From IMG/VR virus record IMGVR_UViG_3300030060_004050, positions 32,001 to 96,000 of that record: a DNA stretch of 64,000 bases. The stretch is one strand, 5' to 3'. This stretch comes from a virus. Below are positions 18,835 to 31,008 of this stretch, piece after piece. Made by a program: the position numbers and the translations under genes. The notes beneath the pieces were generated by a model. That model saw only the letters and a list, made by a program, of their open reading frames with translations, did not search any database and was not told where the DNA came from. The stretch's first letter is position 1. Every line of letters starts with the position of its first letter.

Positions 18835-19770
18835 ATGGCTACAAACAAGTTCTTTAGACATCAGGTTAAGTCAGAGCAAAATCTTGCTGAGGATCTTACA
18901 ATCGAAGCAATTCGAATGTATGGTCATGATGTCATTTACATTCCAAGAACACTTGTAAATAAAGACTTCTTGTTTGGTGAGGATACCATTTCAAAATTTG
19001 AGCAGGGTTTAAACATAGAGATGTATATTTCCAGCATCGATGGGTTTGAAGGAGAGGGTGACTTTGCATCAAAGTTTGGTATTCAGATTAGAGATACCGT
19101 AGAGTTTATCGTATCAAAGAAAGTATTTGAAAAAAATCTATCGCACGAAACAACAATAAACAGACCTAGAGAAGGAGATTTGATTTATCTTCCGTTATCT
19201 AAAGGACTGTTTGAAATTAAATTTGTAGAACATGAAAATCCATTCTACCAAATGGGTAAACTATATACGTTTAAACTTTCGTGTGAATTGTTCGACTATA
19301 GTCAAGAGGACTTCGATACAGGATTCTCCGATGTGGATAGAGTCGAAGGAGTCGCAGAAGACGTTGCGTTTAACATTTACCTAACAGGCGGTGCTACTAC
19401 TAACTACAGCGTTGGTGAACTTGTATATCAGGGATCTACTTTCGGAACAGAGGGTTCCAGTGCAGACTGGTATGCAACCGTACTTGAATGGGCAACAGCA
19501 GGAACTGCCGGACCTTCTGGTGCAGGGTACAACCTTCTCACCGTATCAGGTCCCTCTGGTGCAAGTGGATTCGTTGTTGGTGTTGGTGATACAGCAGGTG
19601 TTAGTGGATCTGTATCTAACGCATTCTATAAAGCAGGAACAACCGCAGACACAGCAATCAGAACAGTTACGATTGCAAGAGAGTTTGACGAGTCTGATGA
19701 TTTTGAACTTGAAGCAGACTCAATCTTTGACTTTACCGATAAGGATCCTTTCTCGGAGGGTAATATCTAA
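18835..19770 (+). CDS. gp14: Neck protein gp14
   Basis: EQNLAEDLTIEAIRMYGHDVIYIPR; RPREGDLIY; FEIKFVEHENPFYQMGK; DFTDKDPF. Confidence 0.95.
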   Translation: MATNKFFRHQVKSEQNLAEDLTIEAIRMYGHDVIYIPRTLVNKDFLFGEDTISKFEQGLNIEMYISSIDGFEGEGDFASKFGIQIRDTVEFIVSKKVFEKNLSHETTINRPREGDLIYLPLSKGLFEIKFVEHENPFYQMGKLYTFKLSCELFDYSQEDFDTGFSDVDRVEGVAEDVAFNIYLTGGATTNYSVGELVYQGSTFGTEGSSADWYATVLEWATAGTAGPSGAGYNLLTVSGPSGASGFVVGVGDTAGVSGSVSNAFYKAGTTADTAIRTVTIAREFDESDDFELEADSIFDFTDKDPFSEGNI

Positions 19771-20594
19771 TGTTTACTACATTTTACCACAACTCCGTTA
19801 GAAATTTGGTTGTTGCGTTCGGATCTCTGTTTAACGATATAGAGGTAGACAGAAAGAATGCAGATGGAACTACCAAAGAAAGAGTCAAGGTTCCAATCGC
19901 ATATGGTCCTAAAGAAAAGTTTCTGCGAAGAATAACAGAACCAAGTTCTATAAGTGACGACATAAAGACACAAATTACTTTACCTAGACTTGGTTTTGAA
20001 ATTACTGGCATGGATTACGATCCTACTCGTAAAAGAAACACAATGAACAGATACCATGTTACGTCTGGTGTTACTGCTGGACAAAACCTATCTTACGATT
20101 ACTCCGAAGTTCCATACAACTTTACCTTTCAGTTGTCTGCAATGGTTAGGCACATGGACGATGGTTTACAGATAACCGAGCAAATTCTTCCATACTTCAC
20201 TCCAGAGTTTAACGTATCTTTGAACTTCAACTCTCTACACACCAAAGTAGACGTTCCAATTATTCTACAATCCTCTACGATTGTGGAAGACTATGAGGGA
20301 GATTTCGATTCGAGACGATCAATTCAGTTTGACTTTACGTTCTTGGCAAAATCATATGTGTATGGACCTGTAAAGACATCGAAGATCATCAGAGAGGTGG
20401 ATATCAAATTCTTGGACACAGAGGACTTCACAACTACAGGTGGCGTCTCTGGTGCAACTGCTGCGTTGTCTAGAGTCATAACCACAGTAACTGGTCCATC
20501 TGGTTCGTCCTCTGGTATAAATAATTACTCATCCGAAAACACCACGTTTGTACAGGGTGCATCAATGGATGTTGCTGGTGTAACATATGCATAA
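19770..20594 (+). CDS. gp15: Tail sheath stabilizer/terminator gp15
   Basis: FYHNSVRNLVVAFGSLFNDI; KVPIAYGPKEKFL; LPRLGFE; EQILPYFTPEF. Confidence 0.95.
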   Translation: MFTTFYHNSVRNLVVAFGSLFNDIEVDRKNADGTTKERVKVPIAYGPKEKFLRRITEPSSISDDIKTQITLPRLGFEITGMDYDPTRKRNTMNRYHVTSGVTAGQNLSYDYSEVPYNFTFQLSAMVRHMDDGLQITEQILPYFTPEFNVSLNFNSLHTKVDVPIILQSSTIVEDYEGDFDSRRSIQFDFTFLAKSYVYGPVKTSKIIREVDIKFLDTEDFTTTGGVSGATAALSRVITTVTGPSGSSSGINNYSSENTTFVQGASMDVAGVTYA

Positions 20595-20606
20595 TTGAGG
20601 TGATAT

Positions 20607-22713
<2,107 letters not shown>

Positions 22714-22730
22714 ATGAAATACTCGATTAG

Positions 22731-22738
22731 TATACATA
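22731..22738 (+). promoter_or_regulatory. Putative late promoter variant (TATACATA) upstream of gp18
   Basis: Intergenic; one mismatch to T4 TATAAATA. Confidence 0.55.
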
Positions 22739-22793
22739 AATCAGAACATAATAATTCCTACTATGAATTAAGTAAGACTCAAGGAGAATTCAC

Positions 22794-24797
22794 ATGGCAT
22801 TTAGAGTAAGTCCCGGCGTATCCGTAACAGAGAAGGATTTCACTAATGTAATCCCTGCTGTTTCGACAACCAGAGGCGCCGCTGTAATTAACTCGGATTT
22901 TGGACCAGAAGAACAAAGAGTTCTCGTAGCAAACGAACCTGAACTTGTATCTCTCTTCGGAAAACCAAACGTAAACAACTATAGAAACTGGCTAAACGTT
23001 GCAAACTACCTCAGTTATGGTGGTTCGTGTCTCGTAGCAAGAGCAACCACTACCGACTCGATGAACTCCGGATTCGGTGGATCTGGTAAGCACATTAAGA
23101 ACGATGATGAATACAACACCGGATTTAGTGCAGGTGGTGCTGTATATGGGACTGGAGTTGCTGCCGGTAGTGTATTCTATGGTAAGTTCCCCGGTGATCT
23201 TGGTAACTCGCTAAGAGTTGCGGTTGTTGCTGGAGTTGCATCACAAGCAGGTGGTGGAACCGCACCAAACGGTATCAGAGCAAACTCTGCAACTGTTGCT
23301 GGTAGACACATGGGACTTTCTGGTTCCGCAGTCGCAACTGAAATTCTTGCAAGGACTGGTGGTACTGGTGGACAGACTGCTGCCATTGTAGGCGACACTC
23401 TTAAGATTGGAAACATCACCACTAAATTCACCGTCACTGGTGTTACTCACGGTTCTGCTGGTAGTACAATCTCGTTTACACCTGCACTCAGTGACGCTAC
23501 TGTTGCACTTGGAACCACTGCTGAGTGGGAATTCAAGTATGCTAATTTCGTTGAGCGTCCTTACACCACATCTAGCCTAGAATTTGTAGGTGGTACTGGT
23601 GATCAATTTACCGTTCTAGTCGTCGATGAAGATGGTAAGTTTAACGGAACCAAGGATGAAGTTCTTGAAGTGTTCAACGGAGTTTCTCTCGCTAACGATG
23701 CTAAGGATGGAGATGGAAACTCTAACTTCTATGTTGACATCATCAACAAGAACTCCAAGTACATCAAAGCAGGAAACCAACTTCTAGGTGTAACTGGTGG
23801 ATCTGGTGCAAACACAACCGTAGATAACGGTGCTGGTGGTGGAACTACCTTCGGTAACGTCATCCGACGATATGACTCTGGAGTTTCTGGTGCTTATGGT
23901 GCCACCTCCAGCGATACTCAACTTCTCACCGCATACAACTTGTACTCTGATCCAGACACAGTAGATGTTTCACTGATCCTTAGTGGTGCTGCAAGTGCAT
24001 CCCTCGCAGGAAGCATCGTCGATATTGCTGATGCAAGAAAAGACTGCGTTGCATTCATCTCTCCAGAAGAGGACGACTGTGTTGATGTCGATAACCTAAG
24101 CACTGGTGTTTCTAACGTCAAGGACTTTAGAAATACACAATTCAACAAGTCTAGTTCCTACGCATTCATGGATAGTGGTTGGAAGTATCAGTATGATCGA
24201 CACAACGACACTCTTCGTTGGGTTCCACTAAACGGTGACATGGCAGGACTCTGTGCTAGAACAGATAATGTCAACGATCCTTGGTTCTCTCCTGCTGGTT
24301 TCAACCGTGGACAGGTTCGTGGTGTAGTTAAACTTGCCATTAACCCAACACCAGAAGCACAGAGAGATGATCTCTACATCGATCAAATTAACCCTGTCGT
24401 TTCTTTCCCCGGAGAGGGAACAATCCTCTTCGGTGACAAGACTCTTCAGTCCAAGGGAAGTGCGTTTGATAGAATCAATGTTCGAAGACTCTTCATCGTC
24501 ATGGAGAAAGCAATCTCCACTGCTGCGAAGTTCCAACTCTTTGAACAGAACGATGCATTTACTCGATCACAGTTCAAGAACCTCATTGAGCCATTCTTGA
24601 GAGATATTCAGGGACGAAGAGGTATTACCGACTTTAAGGTTGTTTGTGACGACACCAACAACACATCTGAAGTCGTCGATGGTAATAGATTCGTTGCAGA
24701 CATCTTCGTCAAACCAACTCGTTCGATCAACTTCATCCAACTTAACTTCGTTGCTGCTCGATCTGGAGTAGATTTCAACGAAATCGCAGGTACTTGA
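22794..24797 (+). CDS. gp18: Tail sheath protein gp18
   Basis: FRVSPGVSVTEKD; PWFSPAGFNRG; LFGDKT; AFDRINVRRLF; PTRSINFIQLNFVA. Confidence 0.97.
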   Translation: MAFRVSPGVSVTEKDFTNVIPAVSTTRGAAVINSDFGPEEQRVLVANEPELVSLFGKPNVNNYRNWLNVANYLSYGGSCLVARATTTDSMNSGFGGSGKHIKNDDEYNTGFSAGGAVYGTGVAAGSVFYGKFPGDLGNSLRVAVVAGVASQAGGGTAPNGIRANSATVAGRHMGLSGSAVATEILARTGGTGGQTAAIVGDTLKIGNITTKFTVTGVTHGSAGSTISFTPALSDATVALGTTAEWEFKYANFVERPYTTSSLEFVGGTGDQFTVLVVDEDGKFNGTKDEVLEVFNGVSLANDAKDGDGNSNFYVDIINKNSKYIKAGNQLLGVTGGSGANTTVDNGAGGGTTFGNVIRRYDSGVSGAYGATSSDTQLLTAYNLYSDPDTVDVSLILSGAASASLAGSIVDIADARKDCVAFISPEEDDCVDVDNLSTGVSNVKDFRNTQFNKSSSYAFMDSGWKYQYDRHNDTLRWVPLNGDMAGLCARTDNVNDPWFSPAGFNRGQVRGVVKLAINPTPEAQRDDLYIDQINPVVSFPGEGTILFGDKTLQSKGSAFDRINVRRLFIVMEKAISTAAKFQLFEQNDAFTRSQFKNLIEPFLRDIQGRRGITDFKVVCDDTNNTSEVVDGNRFVADIFVKPTRSINFIQLNFVAARSGVDFNEIAGT

Positions 24798-24807
24798 TCA
24801 AAGTAGG

Positions 24808-24815
24808 CATACATA
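24808..24815 (+). promoter_or_regulatory. Putative late promoter variant (CATACATA) upstream of gp19
   Basis: Intergenic; identical to motif before gp13. Confidence 0.5.
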
Positions 24816-24832
24816 TAGAGAAGGAAACTTAA

Positions 24833-25423
24833 ATGAACATTAATACTTTTAAGAACAATCTAAAGCAAGGTGGAGTTCGACCGAATCTCTTCAGAGTTAA
24901 CGGTCAAATCGGTCCAGAAGGGACAGACGATTCAGTTAGTTTTCTATGTAGATCTGCTGCACTACCAGCGTCAAATATGAGTACTATTCTTGTTCCTTTC
25001 CGTGGTAGACAGTTAAAACTACCCGGAAACAGAACTTTTGATGATTGGACAATCACAATCATCAGTGACAGCGAGTTCAATCTTCGCACTAAGTTTGAGC
25101 GTTGGTTCGAAGCAATCAATTCTACAATCGGAAACGTTGCAGAGCAAGCACACGACCTAAGTCAGGGAAGTTTCCTTGCTGGTGGTCTTTTCCCAACATG
25201 GAGCGTGGATCAACTAGATCGACAAAATAATCCAATCAAGACATACTCATTCTTCCACTGTTTCCCAACAGTGATTGGTGATATGGCACTTGATTCTGAT
25301 GCAAGTGATACTCTCTCTGAGTTCACAGTGACACTAAGTTACTCCTACTTCTTAGCGAGTGACGCACCTGATGCCAATCTCATCGAATCCGTCGATCTCG
25401 GCGCTGTCGGTGAAATCGGTTAA
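24833..25423 (+). CDS. gp19: Tail tube protein gp19
   Basis: GGVRPNLFRV; VPFRGRQLKLPGNRTFDDWTITI; FPTVIGDMALD..EFTVTL. Confidence 0.95.
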   Translation: MNINTFKNNLKQGGVRPNLFRVNGQIGPEGTDDSVSFLCRSAALPASNMSTILVPFRGRQLKLPGNRTFDDWTITIISDSEFNLRTKFERWFEAINSTIGNVAEQAHDLSQGSFLAGGLFPTWSVDQLDRQNNPIKTYSFFHCFPTVIGDMALDSDASDTLSEFTVTLSYSYFLASDAPDANLIESVDLGAVGEIG

Positions 25424-25447
25424 TCAGATACAAAATGAGGATTTATA

Positions 25448-26959
25448 ATGCCAGAATTATTCGGATTTAGTTTCGGGAGAAAGAAGAATCCTGACGTACC
25501 AGTAAATGATGTAGAGTCTTTCGTCCCAAGAGATAGAGAAGATGGTGCTACAACAGTAGTATCAGGCGGTTTCTATGGATCGTATCTAGATCTCGAAGGT
25601 GATCAAAAATCAGATAGCGGATTTATCAACCACTATAGAACCATGATTCTTCAACCAGAGGTTGAGATTGCGGTTCAAGATATTGTCAACGAAAGTATTG
25701 TGTTTGATGATTACAGAACTCCTGTAAAATTAAATCTAGATCACTACGATCAAAGCAAAACAATCAAAAGTAAAGTCCAAGAAGAGTTCAAGGAAATTCT
25801 ATCTCTCCTTGATTTTAATAATAAAGGTATTGACATGTACAGGAAGTGGTTTGTTGATGGCAGACTATACTTCCACAAGGTGGTTGACGAAAAGAACACC
25901 AAAAAGGGGATCGTTGAATTACGACCTATTGATCCCACTCGAATTAAAAAGATTCGTGAGGTTAAAAAAGAAAAAGACAATAAGGGTGTAGAAGTAGTTA
26001 AAGAGACAAACGAATTCTACATGTACGACATGTCAGAAAAGACTTCTAAGTATCAACCACAGTTCGTACAAAAGGGAATCAAAGTATCTCCCGATGCAAT
26101 CTGCTACGTCACCTCCGGGTTGTTTGATTCTACTAAGAAAAAGGTAATCGGTTATCTACACAAAGCCATTCGTCCTCTGAATCAATTAAGAATGATCGAG
26201 GACTCCGTTGTCATCTATAGAATCTCCCGTGCGCCAGAAAGAAGAGTGTTCTATGTTGACGTTGGTAACCTACCCAAGAACAAAGCAGAGCAGTATCTAA
26301 AAGGTCTAATGAACCAGTATCGAAACAAACTTGTTTACGATGCAAACACTGGTGAAATTAAAGACGACAAGAAGCATATGAATATGCTTGAGGATTACTG
26401 GTTGCCACGAAGAGAGGGTGGTAGAGGAACAGAGATCTCCACACTTGATGGTGGACAAAACCTCGGTGAAATGGAAGACGTTCAGTACTTCCAGAAGAAA
26501 TTGTTCCGATCTCTCGGTATCCCTACCAGTAGACTAGAAGCCGAAAACGGTTTTAACATGGGACGAAGTGCTGAGATCACCAGAGACGAAGTTCGTTTTT
26601 CCAAGTACATCGAACGACTAAGACATCGCTTCAGTGATCTATTCATGGATCTTCTTAAGACTCAACTCATTCTGAAAGGCGTTATTACTGCTGATGACTG
26701 GAAGCATATCAGTCAAGACGGGTACATCGAATACGCCACTGACTCTTACTTCTCTGAACTAAAAGAATCAGAAATTCTTAAAGAAAGAATGGATGTGTTA
26801 AGAGAGGTCAATGAATACATAGGTAAGTATTACTCCATGGAGTGGATTCGTAAAAACATCCTTAAGTTCAACGAGGATGAAATTAAGGAAATGGATGCTC
26901 AGATGTCCAGCGAAAAAGAAGGCGGACTTTACTCAGAGGGGGATGAAGGAGAACTCTAA
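25448..26959 (+). CDS. gp20: Portal protein gp20
   Basis: WFVDGRLYFHK; YLHKAIRPLNQLRMIEDSVVIYRISRAPERRVFYVDVGNLPK; EDYWLPRREGGRGTEI. Confidence 0.97.
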   Translation: MPELFGFSFGRKKNPDVPVNDVESFVPRDREDGATTVVSGGFYGSYLDLEGDQKSDSGFINHYRTMILQPEVEIAVQDIVNESIVFDDYRTPVKLNLDHYDQSKTIKSKVQEEFKEILSLLDFNNKGIDMYRKWFVDGRLYFHKVVDEKNTKKGIVELRPIDPTRIKKIREVKKEKDNKGVEVVKETNEFYMYDMSEKTSKYQPQFVQKGIKVSPDAICYVTSGLFDSTKKKVIGYLHKAIRPLNQLRMIEDSVVIYRISRAPERRVFYVDVGNLPKNKAEQYLKGLMNQYRNKLVYDANTGEIKDDKKHMNMLEDYWLPRREGGRGTEISTLDGGQNLGEMEDVQYFQKKLFRSLGIPTSRLEAENGFNMGRSAEITRDEVRFSKYIERLRHRFSDLFMDLLKTQLILKGVITADDWKHISQDGYIEYATDSYFSELKESEILKERMDVLREVNEYIGKYYSMEWIRKNILKFNEDEIKEMDAQMSSEKEGGLYSEGDEGEL

Positions 26960-28050
26960 TGTCAAACACACATGATCTAGTAAACAGTGCTTTAAATAAA
27001 AATCTACAAGAATTTAGACAGCATTTCTCTAAAGTGTTGGCAGAAAGATCTGTTGATTTTTTAGGTGCTAGATCTACAAATCTATCTAAAGAATTGGTTA
27101 CCGAGTGTGAGTGTGGTTGCGATGCTCCCATAGATGAGGTAAAAACCTTACATCAAGACACCCATAAGATTAAAAAGACAAGAAATGGGTATCAGTTGTT
27201 TATCTATAGTCCAAGCACTGGTAAGTTTATCGCACAAGGACCTCCACACAAAACAAAAAGAGCAGCAGAAAAAGACGCAAGGAAGTTTCTAGAAAGTCTA
27301 GACGAAGAAAAGGCAACTTCAAGGAATATTGTCAAGGGACTCTCTGATGCTGATGGACCGTTTACCGTTGTAGCAATCAAAAACAACAAGGTAATTAAAC
27401 AAGAAGGCACCAAGATGAAAAACATGCTTCCTGCTATCGTTAAAGAGATGCGGAAAGATGTTGGTCGTGGGGTTACAATTTCCATCGAGGACAGAAAGGG
27501 AACTATTCGTAGTACCTTTAAGGAACAAAAAATCAATGAGGCAGTAAAAAGCGTTGATCAAAAAATTGCCATTAACGTATATAACAAACTAAAAAAAGGT
27601 GATAAAGTAAGAGTAAATTTTGGTAACGTAATGTCCATGAACTCAAAACCAATCGAATTAGTTGTAACAAGTCCTCATAGAATTGTAGGTAAATCAAAAG
27701 TCGGTAGAATTATTCTCAAGAACCCAAAGAATATGGGGGGTGTAAAGTACACACTATACAACCGGGGTGGAAAAGTTTCACTCGCTCAGGGAGATATGGG
27801 AACAGTTCTTAAAGATATTCAGATTATCAAAGAATCAAACCTCTATTCTATCGCAGAATCGGCAAGAACCAAAATGCCGGTTGATATAGATATAGATGGA
27901 AATATCGTTCACGTTACACCAGATGTATCAGAGCGAATAGTAGACTTACACGATGAATTGAATGAATCGAATCAAAAAGACATGATCAAACTTTTAGAGT
28001 CTGATACGAGTTCATTCTTAAAACTAGTTAAATTCACTCAGGAGAGGTAA
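26959..28050 (+). CDS. Prohead core-associated protein (gp67-like position), multi-module
   Basis: Immediately after portal; segments separated by ..LDEE, ..INEA, ..IKES motifs. Confidence 0.5.
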   Translation: MSNTHDLVNSALNKNLQEFRQHFSKVLAERSVDFLGARSTNLSKELVTECECGCDAPIDEVKTLHQDTHKIKKTRNGYQLFIYSPSTGKFIAQGPPHKTKRAAEKDARKFLESLDEEKATSRNIVKGLSDADGPFTVVAIKNNKVIKQEGTKMKNMLPAIVKEMRKDVGRGVTISIEDRKGTIRSTFKEQKINEAVKSVDQKIAINVYNKLKKGDKVRVNFGNVMSMNSKPIELVVTSPHRIVGKSKVGRIILKNPKNMGGVKYTLYNRGGKVSLAQGDMGTVLKDIQIIKESNLYSIAESARTKMPVDIDIDGNIVHVTPDVSERIVDLHDELNESNQKDMIKLLESDTSSFLKLVKFTQER

Positions 28051-28051
28051 A

Positions 28052-28480
28052 ATGGACCAAAGAGTAAACAATATTTTAAACCAAATTCTTAATGGTAATC
28101 TAGTAGAGACTAAGGATGAACTCCAGTCTGTTCTTTTCTCAAAAGCAAACATGTTCATTGAGGGTAAAAAGAAGAGCAACCTATACGGTGAGTTAGATCC
28201 AGTTGGTAAAGAAGACGACGACGTTGACAACGACGGAGATGTCGATTCATCCGACAAGTATCTAAAGAAGCGCCGTAAGGCTATTGGTAAGTCAATGAAG
28301 AATGAGCAAAGAAGACCTGTTGGAGAACCTAGACCGGGAAGTCCTTATGGTAAGCAAGATCCATACTCCGGAATGGATCCGCGAAAACGTCGAGAGATTG
28401 GTAAGAAAAGACCTTCCGCTGCTGTAAACTTTGCAAGAGCATCAGAACTATCTGGTGGTATGCCATCATCAATGGGTTGA
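28052..28480 (+). CDS. Prohead core protein (gp68-like position)
   Basis: LDPVGKEDDDVDNDGDVDSSDKYLKKRRKAI, a motif typical of marine T4-like head proteins. Confidence 0.55.
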   Translation: MDQRVNNILNQILNGNLVETKDELQSVLFSKANMFIEGKKKSNLYGELDPVGKEDDDVDNDGDVDSSDKYLKKRRKAIGKSMKNEQRRPVGEPRPGSPYGKQDPYSGMDPRKRREIGKKRPSAAVNFARASELSGGMPSSMG

Positions 28481-28485
28481 AGTAA

Positions 28486-28881
28486 ATGAATCTATACGAA
28501 AAGTACAATCTACTAGAGCAAGGTATGCCCCCACAACTCGCAGCAATGATGGGTGGAGGTCCGGGAGGTCCGGGAGGTCCGGGAGGTCCACAGGGCCCCC
28601 CTCCTAGTATTGCAGATAAACTTTTTGATAGAGTTAGAGCATACCCAAAAATTGATTTATTCATTCAAAAGTTGCAACAAGCAGGAGTTTCAGACTCTCG
28701 TATTCTAGATGAGATCTATGAAAAATTTAAACCAGAGTTTGTTTATTTTGCTAAAGAAATAATTCAACAGGAAAACAAACCCAAACCACCTGCTGGACCT
28801 GGAGGTCCCGGTGGTATGCCTGGTATGCCTGGTATGCCTCCAATGCCTGCTGGTGAACCCATGGGTGCAGGAGGAGAATAA
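28486..28881 (+). CDS. Pro/Gly/Met-rich hypothetical protein, possible internal head protein
   Basis: MNLYEKYNLLEQ start; GPGGPGGPGGPQ and GMPGMPGMPP tracts. Confidence 0.65.
   Translation: MNLYEKYNLLEQGMPPQLAAMMGGGPGGPGGPGGPQGPPPSIADKLFDRVRAYPKIDLFIQKLQQAGVSDSRILDEIYEKFKPEFVYFAKEIIQQENKPKPPAGPGGPGGMPGMPGMPPMPAGEPMGAGGE
28555..28590 (+). repeat. 9-bp tandem repeat GGAGGTCC(G/A) x4
   Basis: Read directly; encodes (GGP)4. Confidence 0.9.
28813..28839 (+). repeat. 9-bp tandem repeat GGTATGCCT x3
   Basis: Read directly; encodes (GMP)3. Confidence 0.9.
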
Positions 28882-28885
28882 TCAA

Positions 28886-29530
28886 ATGAAACTAATTACA
28901 GAAACAACTGAAGACATTAAACTCATCAAAGAAAATGTAGAGGGTGGTAATCCAAACTATTACATTAGTGGTGTGTTTATGCAAGCCGAACAAAAGAACC
29001 GAAACGGGAGAATCTATCCCAAAGATGTTCTCATGAACGAAATTAAAAAGTATAATCAAGACTTTGTTTCGGGAAAGAGAGCATTTGGTGAACTTGGACA
29101 TCCGGACGGTCCAACCGTAAACCTAGAAAGAGTATCCCACCTTATTACAGATTTACATGAAAATGGCGATGATGTGATGGGTAAAGCAAAAATCATGGAC
29201 ACCCCCATGGGTAAGATTGTAAAGAATCTTCTTGATGAAGGCGCTCAACTTGGAGTTTCCTCCCGAGGAATGGGTAGTTTAGAAGAAAAAGGTGGTAAGA
29301 AAATCGTAGGTAAAGATTTTATGCTTGCTGCCGTTGATATTGTCGCAGATCCATCTGCACCAAATGCATTCGTCGATGGAATCATGGAAGGTAAAGAGTG
29401 GATTTGGGACAATGGTATGATCAAAGAGTCTACCATTGCTGGATATAAGAACATAATCAATAAAGCAAGTCAAAGAACAGAAGACGATATCGCAACTTTC
29501 TGTTTTGCCGACTTTTTGTCCAAATTATAA
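28886..29530 (+). CDS. gp21: Prohead core protease gp21 (start revised to ATG 28886)
   Basis: MKLITE; GVFMQAEQKNRNGRIYP; GELGHPDGPTVNLERVSH; LGVSSRGMGSL; DIVADPSAPNAFV; GGAG SD upstream. Confidence 0.96.
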   Translation: MKLITETTEDIKLIKENVEGGNPNYYISGVFMQAEQKNRNGRIYPKDVLMNEIKKYNQDFVSGKRAFGELGHPDGPTVNLERVSHLITDLHENGDDVMGKAKIMDTPMGKIVKNLLDEGAQLGVSSRGMGSLEEKGGKKIVGKDFMLAAVDIVADPSAPNAFVDGIMEGKEWIWDNGMIKESTIAGYKNIINKASQRTEDDIATFCFADFLSKL

Positions 29531-29535
29531 AAAAG

Positions 29536-29543
29536 TATAAATA
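29536..29543 (+). promoter_or_regulatory. T4-type late promoter TATAAATA upstream of gp22
   Basis: Exact consensus, intergenic. Confidence 0.8.
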
Positions 29544-29577
29544 AACCTATAAGTACCAAAACTAAGGAGAATCTCCA

Positions 29578-30936
29578 ATGAACAGTGTAATTAACAGCGC
29601 CCGAAACCTTATGGAGCGGGCACAGCAAGAATCGGCAAAACGATCAGACGGTAGAGTTGATTTAGTAATCTCTGAACTCAACTCTATGGGCGTTTCTGAT
29701 CAGTACATCGGCGGTGTTTTAGAAAGACTTTCAGTCTTCGACAACGAGTCCGACCTCGCAGAAGCAATCGACAGAGAACTTTACAAGGCAGCACAGTTCG
29801 CTCTTATGGAAGACGACGAAGAGGATGCTACTGGTAAGGGTTCTGAGGATGCTTCCGGTAAAGGTGCTGTCTTTGCTCGTCCCGTTGCAAAGCAGGACGC
29901 AGCAAGCACCCTAAAGGGTAAAAAGAAGAAGAAGATGGAAATGGCTCATGAGGGTTACCATGAAGATGCTCACGCTTCCATGGAAGATCCTGATGACGAA
30001 AAGAAGAGAATCAAGATGATGGCCGCGTACATGAAAGAGTACGGTGGTGGTATGAAGGAAATGCACCACGGTAAGAAGAAGATGAACGCTGGTTACCATA
30101 AAGAGATGGCTCATGGTGGTAAAAAGAAGATGAACGCAGGTCACATGATGAATGCTGGACACAGCATGAAGATGGAGCATCTCGACGCTCTGTTCTCCGG
30201 CGAAGATCTAACCCCAGAGTTCAAGGCAAAGACTGCTGCAATCTTTGAAGCAGCAGTTAACGCTAGAGTTGAAGAAGTTCAAGCAGAACTAGTTCGTCAG
30301 TCAAGAGACGTATTCGTAGAGGAAGTCACTTCTGCAAAGGCAGATATGGCAGAAAAACTAGACGATTACATGAACTATGTTGTCTCTGAGTGGATGAGCG
30401 AAAACGAACTCGCCATTGATTCTGGTATTCAGACTGAAGTTACTGAGTCATTCATGACTGGTCTTCGTGATCTCTTTGAGAGTCACTACATCGAAGTTCC
30501 TGAAAGCAAGGTTGATTTGGTTGATGCACTTACCAGCAAGGTAGATGCTCTTACTGAAAAACTCAACGAGAGCATTCATGAAAACGTTCAACTAAGCAAC
30601 GCAAAGACTGTATCAAACTGTGATGCACTCTTTGAAGCCGCTTGTCACGGACTAGCAGCAACCGAAGTTGAAAAGTTTAAGTCCCTCGCAAGAGGTATTG
30701 AATATCGAACCGAGGATGAGTTTGCTACCAAACTAGCAACCATCAAGGAAAGTTACTTTAACAGTTCAGCAAGAGGCGTTTCCGGACTTCTCACTGAAAC
30801 AGTTGAAGACTACACTCTACCCTCGAACGCAGTCGCCTCTACTCCTATCGTAGAGAATCTAGATCCAAGAATGTCTGCGTACTTCAACAGCGTTGGTAGA
30901 CTCGCTGATCACGAACGCCAGAACTCACAGTCGTAA
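29578..30936 (+). CDS. gp22: Prohead scaffold gp22 with N-terminal extension
   Basis: LFSGEDLTPEFKAKTAAIFEAAV; LDDYMNYVVSEWMSENELAIDSGIQTEVTESFMTGLRDLFESHYIEVPESK. Confidence 0.93.
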   Translation: MNSVINSARNLMERAQQESAKRSDGRVDLVISELNSMGVSDQYIGGVLERLSVFDNESDLAEAIDRELYKAAQFALMEDDEEDATGKGSEDASGKGAVFARPVAKQDAASTLKGKKKKKMEMAHEGYHEDAHASMEDPDDEKKRIKMMAAYMKEYGGGMKEMHHGKKKMNAGYHKEMAHGGKKKMNAGHMMNAGHSMKMEHLDALFSGEDLTPEFKAKTAAIFEAAVNARVEEVQAELVRQSRDVFVEEVTSAKADMAEKLDDYMNYVVSEWMSENELAIDSGIQTEVTESFMTGLRDLFESHYIEVPESKVDLVDALTSKVDALTEKLNESIHENVQLSNAKTVSNCDALFEAACHGLAATEVEKFKSLARGIEYRTEDEFATKLATIKESYFNSSARGVSGLLTETVEDYTLPSNAVASTPIVENLDPRMSAYFNSVGRLADHERQNSQS

Positions 30937-31008
30937 ATTTTAAAATTACTATATAAAAAGAACTCATAAACAGGTCTTTAACAACAGACAAACAAGGAGA
31001 ATCATCAA

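Noticed and set aside
28811-28885. ORF-track N-terminal extension of gp21 (MVCLVCLVCLQC...)
   Set aside because: Produced by the GGTATGCCT repeat read in another frame; the true start MKLITE at 28886 has an SD.
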